This document shows, in pieces, positions 54,001-64,000 of a DNA stretch of 64,000 nucleotides. The position numbers and the translations under genes are program-made. A model generated the notes under the pieces. The model made no database searches and was not told where the DNA came from. It saw only the letters and a list, made by a program, of their open reading frames with translations. Numbering within the stretch: position 1 is the stretch's first letter; every line of letters starts with the position of its first letter. This DNA comes from Balanoglossus misakiensis (taxonomy: Eukaryota > Animalia > Hemichordata), in the NCBI GenBank assembly GCA_040954595.2, contig CM082578.2, positions 5,190,831-5,254,830 of the forward strand, in the 5' to 3' direction.

Positions 54001-57000
54001 AATGACTACTACAAGACGCGCATAAATATTGCTTTGAATTGAACACTGATGCGTGATGTACTTTGTGGCTGTCAGAAAGCAAGATGAAAGGGACGTTATG
54101 AAATTAGTCAGACAATCAGCCAATCAATACAAGATATTTGCGTCTTGAAATTTATCACAATGTTTGCTTCGAGATCTATACTCAAACCCACTCTACCGGT
54201 GTAATATGCCGAGAGAGAAAAAAATAAATAAATTGTTGTATTCCGAGAAACTGCTGTGGGACATGTAGAAATTATCCATTTGCATTAACTATCTTTTTCT
54301 CTCCAAGAACACCCAAGAATGCTGTGAATGAAAAAAAAAATCAATATATATTTTTTATTGGAACAAGTGACTCAAATCAAATAACCATAACACCATATGT
54401 ACCTATGGAAAGCTATTACTCTCATAATTTTAGTTGTTGCTTTTACTCATAAAATATGTCAGTTGAACGCAAAATCACAAGGATAAAGTTTAAAAACTAA
54501 ACGTAAGTTTGTCAGCTATGATTTCCACTCCTGCAAAAGTCAAAACTTAATATCAGTATGGGACAATGGCTGCTGGCAGATATCATGAACATTTGCATAA
54601 TCCACAGCAAATAATCTCATTTGCTGATGCTTTAATAGACATTGACAAAGCCTTAATTCTTTTGACATTTAGTAAGAGCTCGTTTAAATGTGATTTTCTG
54701 TTCTCATTAAAATCAAAATTCAATAATAATGTAAGTGATGAGTGTAGAGTTTTTCTTTTCAACTACTCTACAATTTACAATTTGTCAATTAATTATCACA
54801 AGGAAAAAAACTGCTTTCTCAGCAAGTTTGACTCCTATTTTCAAAGTTAAAAAAATCCCTCATTTCAGAAAATACTTGGGGGGGGGGAGAACAATCAAAG
54901 TATGTTTTGTTGTCTAATTTCTAAAGATCAAATGGTGTGTTACAGCTGCTACTGTTGTTACCATGGAGACCACCATAGCAACATAATCAGGGGCGCAGCT
55001 AAGCTTAAAACTAAAAGCAGCGGGCAAATTACAAGTATGTTGGTGGGATCCACTGGGGGACCCAGGGGGGACCTAAGTGTTGGAATAGGAAGTAATGATT
55101 CTGTCTTTTGATGGAAAGTACATGTAGCTGGCTCTCATCTACACCCATGCATGTATTGAATGTTACCGTGGCAACATCGAGTGAGGCACTGTGTGCCTTG
55201 GACAGGGCCTTGTACGGCTGAAGTCAATAGAGGAGCATGTACATGCATACACAAAGTGAACACACAGAGCAAAGGAAACGCTGATTATGAGAATGACCTT
55301 CACAAATCACCTTTCATCTTCTGTAGTGATGCACGCTGGAATGTGCATTGTACGTGCGATATTTGTGTTCAAAAAAAAAAACTATACACTGCCAACGCAG
55401 AAGGAAATCCCTTCAAGTCTTATTATAATTGGTCAGCCATCGCCATTCATGCCACCTCTGCTGGAAATATCATATAGTAAACACCATGGTCAATGCTGTC
55501 AGAAATTCTCCATTTGAAGTGAAATCTCGTTCTCATGTGAAGTGCCCAAATCAACACTAAATGCCTTCATTTTCTCATAGGATTGATTGATATATGCATG
55601 TCTGCAAGCGTTGACTTTTCAAATTCTGTGCCATTCATTTTACTTTACTGTGGACATAAACAAACCGCAACAAAATGGAAGCAAAGCCTGTACATGTCCC
55701 TGTAAAAGCTTTTATAAACACACATCATTCTGCAAATTTATGCCTTGTCTGCATGCTGTCAAACTTTTGTTGTCAACAGAACTGCACCAGCTCTTTTTGA
55801 GATACAGATTTTATATGCATCTTCGATGACCTCTACATGTTTTCCTGTAAAAAATGCATTTTGTAAAATTTACATTTCTCTTTATAATAATTATACTTGA
55901 CCAAAAACAGATTAAACTTTTGTAAGAACTGCAGAGTCCCGGTCCAGAAATATTCAAAAAGTTTTTGAAAGGGCAACAAGCTTTTTGACCAAAATAACCA
56001 TTTTCAAATTAAATTCGTGCAGATTGACTGTAAAAAGCCAAGAATGACAAAATGTGGACTGATCCATTTCAATTTTTTTCCAAACTGAATTTCACACAGA
56101 GTGAAATTAGAAATGTGAATTTTGTCATCCTGCGAATAATCAATTTGATCTGTGGTCATTTTTTCCTTTCGCGATTCCCATAGTACGACTCAATGCCCTG
56201 CGAACAGAACATTTAGAAGTCTTGTACTTGATTGAGACCCTGTGTTTAATGAATGGCAAGATCTTGAAGCAGAGAATAGCAGCAAAGATCATTCAGGGTT
56301 GCGTCCCTTTGACACGGGCAAGGCCAATCCAAGCTGACAAGGATTTAAAGAAAGCACGTCCGCTTCAAGGGTGATGTATTCAAATACAAGGATGTGGGAA
56401 TTAATTCCGTATTGAATGCAAGGGCCTTTCACCAATCCCTATACCCTTGCACTGTCTTGCATAGCCTTTAACCTGTCAATGATTGAGTCACCAGGTGGAT
56501 AAAAGGATATAAGAACAGACAACGCACATGAACGAATTGACACTGGTAGAAACAGATATTTAAATCACTAGATTAATACACCCTGCTCTTAATTTGTACA
56601 TCTAAAAGCTCAGCTTTGAGTATCAAATACAAGAACTGCAAGAGCAGTGTTTTTATGTTTTGATTAATTGACTGGATCACAGGTGAATGGGAATTCTTTT
56701 TTTAGTTCGGACTCTAAGTGTTGCATTCAGTCTGAACACAATATTCCTGACTAATAGGTCATTATAGTTGTCTCAAGAAAAACTCGCTAAAAATACTCTA
56801 GAGGCCACACTCCTTTCATTTGCTCTCTCTGTCACATCATGATTTATGCTAAAAGACCACTTTTATCATCTCTTGCTATTTGATCATGGCATTGTCGTGA
56901 CGAGAGTTGTACAATATATAAACAAAGGCATCACACCAATGTCTGTAGAAGACCTGCGAGCAGTGCAGTGGCATTGGTTCCTTACATTTCTATAGGGCAC

Positions 57001-57429
57001 AATCAAAACACAAGTACATTTATTGTGTGACCATGCAAACAAGCAGAATCACACACCCATACATATTTTGGTTGACCATCACTATATAGGAGATGGAATT
57101 TGGCAAATGTCGGTGTATTCAGCCTTGAGAGGCATGTTGCGAGCACATTTAACTGTAACTGACAAATTCTACCTTACAGGTTTATACTGGCTGTACATAG
57201 ATGCATATATCATACCTATACTGTGATCTGTACAATGTCATTTTTACTGGGTATGTATAGTCAAAGAGACTTTAATATTGACACGAAAAGTTCAAGTGGT
57301 TTCACTTTGTCGGCCTTTGACAGCGAAAAACATCCAAGCCAAACGTGAACACCTACTCATCTATATTTTGTGACAAGAAGCGGTACAAAGCGGCCTGTAA
57401 TCGCAGGTGTTGCAAAATATGATTCTCTC

Positions 57430-57746
57430 TTTTCCATTAATTATATTTGATACAAGACACTGTTTATGTTATTCTACATGTGGATATATAGTGAATCAAC
57501 GTTCAAACACACACAACTTCCATCCAATTTGTAGACATGAGAGTGAAAATCTCGCCAAAATGAATAATCGGTGTTTACCATTTATTCATTTTGGTGAGAT
57601 TTTTACTCTCACATCCTACAAACGGGATGGAAGTTGTGTGTGGTCGAACGTTGATTCACTATATATCCACATGTAGAATAACATAAACAGTGCCTTGTAT
57701 CAAACATAATTGATGGGAAAAGGGCAGTGAGAGGGACTTTGTCCCT
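57430..57746. mobile_element. Hairpin MITE, family B, copy 1
   Basis: Inverted arms of about 140 bp (57430-57567 / 57582-57721) with a 14-nt loop; right end TTGTCCCT-TTAA; left terminus not resolved. Confidence 0.75.
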
Positions 57747-58403
57747 TTAACCATGTAGCAGACATGTATCCACGAAACGTACACAAAATCATTTTATTGA
57801 GTTGGCAACTGAATACATATAATTAATACACTTTAGCTCCTTGGTAACAGACAAGTCGCTATGCAACCAATGAGGTACAAATTATTGTTTCTCAGCAGGT
57901 GGGGATCGTGTCATGTTACACTTGTAAATTTTCATTAATTTACAAATAAAAGATTCCAGGTTATCGCCAAGGAAACACTAAATATGAAAGCCGGACATAA
58001 AAAAGTTCAAACCGACCTACATGCTAACTGCTGTATAAGGGTCATTTAACACTCCCCCCCCCCCCCCCCCCCCCAATAATAAAAACTTAGTACAAACATC
58101 CTAAATTTAACGCTAACCATTACAGTATTTCAGAATAAACACTCATGCACTTAGGATTTTAACACACAAAATGGAATTTCAGTGGAATTGTTTTAATGCC
58201 ATGGTTTACATTTTGTAATATCAGCAGTAGGTTTCACAGACCACTGCACTTTATCTTGGTGATTCAGTATTTCATTTCCTGGTCTGCCGTAAAATCAAGA
58301 CTACGATGTAGACACAACTGGGTTTTATTATTTTCCCATCAACAATTTTCTTCCCATACCAATATATTCACCAATTTTAGACTGGAGACGGCTCCTCCTT
58401 TAA

Positions 58404-58560
58404 AGATACACGGTCACTCTGATTTTCATATGCCCATATATGGCTAAAATGGAGCATTTCAGTGTTCTAAAGAAATGGTGTGCCATCCACTAAAAATCTG
58501 TAATTGGCTAGATCTCAATTTGCCATGGTAACTTTAGCTCAATTTACATAGGTGACCATA
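58404..58560. mobile_element. Kolobok-type MITE, family A, copy 2
   Basis: TTAA-AGATACACGGTCAC start; shared core CCAC-TAAAAATCTG-TAATTGGCTAGATCTCAATTTGCCATGGTAAC; ends GGTGACCATA-TTAA. Confidence 0.7.
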
Positions 58561-58929
58561 TTAAAGGTTATTTTTTCACCAAGTTTGCACTAACACTTCC
58601 CTTTTTTTTTACATTTTACAGTTCTTTTATGACTACCGGTTCTTTATCAAGATAAACGAATATGAAGAAATAAAATATTCCAATAGTTCTATTGGAACAT
58701 CACGCATCACAGCACACAGTGACTGAGTGTTTTGTTCGCATTTCTGAATCAATGACATTTTTATCTTCCAGGATCTTTTTTGAGAAAATTTCAAGACAGA
58801 GACCACACATTATTTTCTTGCACTTAATCCATGCTTGACTGTGGAATACTACATTGATAATGAAGCTCTTTCTGCATCTCTGCTTCACAGTGGACAGGTG
58901 AATCAAACAGCTATGAAGTTCCATGTTAA

Positions 58930-60050
58930 AGGTATACGGTCACCTCATACATACATGGTGGCGCTCTTTTTTTTCGCGTGTGCCACCCACTAAAAATCGG
59001 TGATTGGCTGGATCTCAATTTGCCATGGTAACTGTAGCTAAATTTAAGGTAGTTGGAAAGGCTAGGGCGTCAGTTAAAATTTCATTTAAAAACACTGAAT
59101 TTATATCTAGAAATGTATTAGAGAAAAATTAAACTCATAAAAAATTCGGGGCAATAAACGTGTAACAAGATATGGCTGGTTTTATGATACCTAATTTCAT
59201 TCATCTGGCAAGGAAGCTAGGGAGCCTTATTTGAGCGCCCTCTAGGGGAAGACTTCTCCTAGGCTATGCGCACAAGGACGGGTTCCCCTAGCCAAGGGCA
59301 TTTAAATGTAACTTGCAAACACTGATTCTTGCAATTTTCAACGATAGATAACCTTGCTTGTTTATTAAAGGCTGCCAAATTATGGACATTTTTGCATTTC
59401 TAGGGAACCCGAAAAGCCAGCGGAAAAGCGTTTGACCCAGATAAATGCGATCCTTCGCCGTGAACTGCCGCTAAACTTTGCGTATTTCGCTACTTTTCTG
59501 CCCTTCGCCATAATGTAATGGTTTTTATTTGTGATTGAATAGGTATGCCAGATATTTTTTTTATCATGAAACTTTCAGGAAAGGCTCGGGACATCCCAAA
59601 GAACAATTTTACGGGACAGTTTTTTCATAAGTTTTCCCGTTGTGTTTTGGCAGCACGTTAAAGTTGTATACAAAATATCAACAAAAACTGTGTTTTCCTG
59701 AGTGATAACTTTGAAAAAAATAAGTTTTTGCTGAAAGTGTCCCATACATTGCTGGAGGGGTTGCTTCATATTAAAATGAATACAAATTATTCAATAATTT
59801 GTGAAAACATGTCAAGATTCAATCAATATTTTGTAAAATTATGAATATTTATATTTAGGCGTATCAAATTTCATAATTTTAGCAGATATTTTTACAGTCA
59901 TATTTTTCCCTCACTTTTTAGTTTGTTAAGAACACATGCTGCAAATTTCAAGTCATTATCTTTATTCTAACTTGTGAAAATAAATTCACAAACATTGAGA
60001 GAATTTGCTTCAAAAATAGCCTTTCCAACTACCTTAAATCGGTGACCCCA
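58930..60050. mobile_element. Kolobok-type MITE, family A, copy 3, interrupted by a nested element
   Basis: TTAA-AGGTATACGGTCAC start at 58930; family core runs to about 59047; host terminus ATCGGTGACC resumes at 60038. Confidence 0.7.
59048..60033. mobile_element. 986-bp non-autonomous Kolobok-type DNA transposon nested in family A copy 3
   Basis: Perfect 17-bp TIRs GGTAGTTGGAAAGGCTA / TAGCCTTTCCAACTACC; TTAA at 59044-59047 and 60034-60037; no transposase ORF. Confidence 0.85.
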
Positions 60051-62076
60051 TTTGGAAGTTTATCTTTGAGGATTAAAATAAACCACCAGGGCTTTAACAA
60101 TAAAACTCTGAGGAGCTTTATTTCTCAAACTTATTGCAAGTCAGTGGTGTCTGACAAATGCAGGAGCCTATCCTAATCACAAACCCTCAAGAAGGTATGC
60201 TGGCAAGCAGAAATTCCCTTTGGAAGTTGGTGAATATTGCCTGAAAACAAATTCCCAAAATGGTTAAAGCGAAGTAGATCGCGTCCAATCAGTTTATGTC
60301 TAGGGCTGATTGAAAATCATTACCTCATTACAGACATATATTCAAATTGCTCCAGATTACAGAAAAATGAGAAACTGAAACTTCTTGAGATTCAGACACT
60401 CTTTGAATGTTGATTGTCTGGGCTTCCAATTTCGTAGTAGGTACCCTGGATAAATCAGACAAAAAGTTGACATTTACACCCACCACTTCTAAATACCATC
60501 AGGTGATATAGATACAGGCAAATGAATGGTACAATAGAAAACGCATGATATCAAGTCATGAATTATACATACCCTACAACTAGAGATGAAGCACTCTGAG
60601 CAAGTTAAAAGAAAAGAGAGCATCATCAAATTTATGATCAGAGAGAACTGATCAAGGAAAGGCTACAGATATATACATATTATATGTATATACATGTACA
60701 TGTACATGTAAGCTTCAAAAAGTAATTTTATTACACTGGCCATTTGAAAATACAAACTGTATATAGAAATGATGCAAATTCTGTGTACCCATAACTACTA
60801 ACAGAAACCGATTGTGAGATATAGTACAGACTAATTTCATACATTATGGCATGTTTTGTGTATGTTAAATCTTTGTCAGATATCAGAATGTGAAATTCAA
60901 ATCTTAAATTTGATCCTCTTATTATTTTATCTATTACACAACAGTTGACAGTTCTGACTTCAGTTATCCAGGTCAGGTCAGATTGGTTTGGTTGCTTCAA
61001 CGCTTCAAGCAGACATAATACCCAACGTATAATCATTGGATATTTCTTCAAAGACATCTCAGCTGACAAGCTGACTAGAGCGCAGCTCAGAAACATCACT
61101 GAGCAGAGACGAGGAGTTTCTCTGCTCAGATTCACTTCTCCAGATCATCTGTATTGAGAGACGATTGACACACACATCAGGACAGAGAGTTTTATTGCTG
61201 GTGTAACACTTGAACATTTATTAGAACAAAACATCAGATCACATAAGGTAGCCTAGCCTTGCTGGCTCATCAACTATACTGTAACGATTTAACAAGAACA
61301 ATTTTAGAAAAATGTAAATATTGATGAATATGGTAAAATAAGCATGTATCTAAACTTTTTAAAACATAATGATGTCAATACTATTGCAACACTTTTTTCA
61401 AAGCATGAATTACCTGTTTTCAGATTCTAGTAGAAGTGATGTTTTCATTTGTGTTTTGTGAACTCTGCTTGTTTCATATATCAAGTTTTCTTAGAACAAT
61501 GGTGATTTTTTTCTTCAGCAAGTCAATGTTAACAAATTATTGTTGACAGTAGAAAAACTTGGCAATAGATTTTTAGAAATGACGGAAAACAGTTGTAATA
61601 ACCGGATCATACATTATTCATGGTGGACTTTACATAATAAAAAGTCAATTACAAATGTGAATATAGAACCAACCATTTACAACTCTGTAACACTGGTTCC
61701 TCATACTTGAAAGTTTGACAAGAAAACATGAAAAGTTCATAAATTAACACATCAAATGAAGAAATCTGAACATAACATCATGAAACAAACAGATTTTGTG
61801 TCAAAAACAGGGATATTCTCAGAAAACCAACCAACAGTGCTGGAAAGATGGAAATAGATACAATAAGACTAATTTGGTACTTTAATGACCAAAATCTTCC
61901 TCGTTGCTAGGCAACCAAGGCAGCTGATGAGAAGCACCTACCGGTTCATCCTCATCCAATACCTGCGGCTAGAGAGCCAATCAGAAAGCCAAATAAAATG
62001 TTTTCATGCTGAACTTGTCAACAGGTCAGAAATTTGTCCTTTGGCATTAAAAACAATGGGCAAATTTTTCATAATA

Positions 62077-62284
62077 CAGTAAAACACATTATTTTCGCGA
62101 GCAATAAATTTTCGCAAAATACGCGAGAGCCAAAATAGCGTGAAAATAAAAAGTCGCGTAATTTTTTTTGAAGATAACGATGCAGTGAATGAAATAAGAA
62201 AACGCGAAAATTAATACTCGCGAAACAGTGGCCTCTCTCGATATCGCGAAAATTTCAACTCGCGAAAAATAAAGTGTTTTACAG
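62077..62284. mobile_element. TA-target MITE (Tc1/mariner-type), family C, copy 1
   Basis: TA-CAGTAAAACAC...GTGTTTTACAG-TA; internal CGCGAAAA repeats; homologous to 63668-63876. Confidence 0.75.
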
Positions 62285-62661
62285 TATGCATGGTGAAGGA
62301 AACTTTCATTTTGTGTGTTACACAATTGTGACAATCAATACTGGGTCACTGATATTACAGTGGATTTTGATTTTTTTTTTTTTTGCATCAAATGCTGGCT
62401 TACAATATTAAAAAGATCACTTTCATGTAAAAGATGGCCAAAAATTAAACTCTGACATCTTCTCATATAACAGAAGAAATTTAATCACTAATCCAGTTGT
62501 ATCCAGAACATCCTTTTCACTGCACATGACAGCCATCAGCAATCTCTGACATTATCCTTCCTATCCTCACAGAATGCCAAACAAGTATTTGACATTTAAT
62601 TAATGCTGCAGTAGTTTTCTGTACAATAACAATTTTCATTATTATCCAACTTCTCCCTTAA

Positions 62662-63495
62662 AGGGACAATTTAAAGTCTCTCTCTCGCTGGCCTTTTCCC
62701 GTTAATTATGTTTGATACAAGACACTGTTTATCTTAAAGGGGAAATCCGCTGTAGGTGATTTCTACATAAGTTGGTAGCTTTGATGTCTCTCTTTCAGAA
62801 AAAAACATATTCGCCATGTATAGGTCCCGCGATTTTTTATAAAATCTAGGGAAAGTTGGCAGAATTTCCAATATGGCGTTTACTGTAATTTGAATCATGG
62901 GAAAAAAAGCGCCAGGACCAACTTCCGCCCACCTTGGTGTGGGTGATACCATTCTCCGATTGGTGTCACTGGGCGACAGACTAGGCGTATTTTCATAGCT
63001 ATTGTTTGTTCTTTGCATCAGTTGATAAACAATCATCAGCAAAGTCGAAAATTTGTCATCTATTGACAGTTTTCATGAGCTATAACCCATGAAAAATATG
63101 CAAATACGCTTAGCTTGTGACACAGTGACACCAATCGGAAAATGGTATCACCCACACCAAGGTGGGCGGAAGTTGGTCCTGGCGCTTTTTTTCCCATGAT
63201 TCAAATTACAGTAAACGCCATATTGGAAATTCTGCCAACTTTCCCTAGATTTTTAAAAAAATCGCGCGACCTATACATGGCGAATATGTTTTTTTCTGAA
63301 AGAGAGATATCAAAGCTACCAAATTATGTAGAAATCAGCTACAGCGGATTTCCCCTTTAATGTACGTCTGGATATATAGTGAATCAACTTTCGATCAAAC
63401 ACAAGTTCCATCCCGTTTGTTGGATATGAGAGTAAAAATCCCGCCAAAATGAATAAATGGTAAACACCAATTATTCATTTTGGCAAGTTTTCCAT
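62662..63495. mobile_element. Hairpin MITE, family B, copy 2 (opposite orientation, truncated, interrupted by 62738-63356)
   Basis: TTAA-AGGGACAA start; 62662-62737 plus 63361-63495 align to the reverse complement of the 57.4-57.7 kb copy. Confidence 0.75.
62738..63356. mobile_element. 619-bp foldback-shaped Kolobok-type element with TIRs of about 260 bp, nested in a family B MITE
   Basis: TTAA at 62734-62737 and 63357-63360; termini AGGGGAAATCCGCTGTAG / CTACAGCGGATTTCCCCT; the arms give mirror-image ORFs in the track. Confidence 0.88.
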
Positions 63496-63667
63496 GTTTT
63501 ATAAATAAGCCCTGCTTGTAGCATCTCACTTGTGAACTGTGTATCGCACATGCAATGTACGCACAGTAAGTTTCCCACACAGGCTCGTACTCAAACGTGT
63601 AGGTGACAGAGGCTTCAACCACTGATTTGAATGCTGGGATCTATTTGGGCAGAGCTTGTTTCAACTA

Positions 63668-63876
63668 CTGTAAAACAGGTTATTTTCATGAGCAATAAAT
63701 TTTGCGCGAAATACGCAAGAGCAAAAAAACGTGAAAATAAAAATTCGCATAAAATGTTTTTCAGAGATAACGATGCAGTTAGTGAAATACGAGAATGCAA
63801 AAATGAATTGTCGCGTAACAGTAGCCTCTTTTGGTATCGTGAACATTTCCTGTCGCGAAAATAACCCGTTTTACAG
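63668..63876. mobile_element. TA-target MITE, family C, copy 2
   Basis: TA-CTGTAAAACAGGTTATTTTC...GAAAATAACCCGTTTTACAG-TA; collinear with 62077-62284. Confidence 0.78.
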
Positions 63877-64000
63877 TATTCCAGGCAGCCAATGAGGGTG
63901 CGAATAATGTGATCAGTTTGTGGGCTTTGGGGGGGATTTCTCAAAACAAGACACAACAAGCAGAAACAGCTGATGCCTACTTGCACGGCATCAAAGACAC

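Noticed and set aside
62734-63360. Paired ORFs MVSPTPRWAEVGPGAFFP... on both strands
   Set aside because: Artefact of long TIRs; no transposase motifs.

Overview
AT-rich eukaryotic genomic DNA with GT-AG introns; the protein sequences suggest an invertebrate deuterostome such as a hemichordate or echinoderm (inference only). Two genes are clear, both on +. One is a 21-exon glutaminyl-tRNA synthetase (QARS1 orthologue, 16529-28266, 780 aa when spliced). The other is an intronless class-2 DYRK kinase (DYRK2-like, 32342-34123, 593 aa) with a long AU-rich 3' region. The rest is intronic or intergenic DNA rich in non-autonomous DNA transposons: a 590-bp foldback element with a 9-bp TSD, several TTAA-target Kolobok-type elements including two nested insertions, TA-target MITEs and a piggyBac-type MITE. 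It also holds local tandem duplications, microsatellites and G/C homopolymers. The best novelty candidate is an unannotated small spliced gene at about 7.8-10.95 kb: a motif-dense promoter, possible uORF exons and a GC3-rich 30-codon ORF followed by tandem AATAAA. Other leads are a 234-bp coding-like insertion with a 13-bp TSD in QARS intron 1, a field of RFX X-box motifs around DYRK2, and convergent CTCF-like sites around QARS. I found no rRNA, tRNA, CRISPR array or autonomous transposase.
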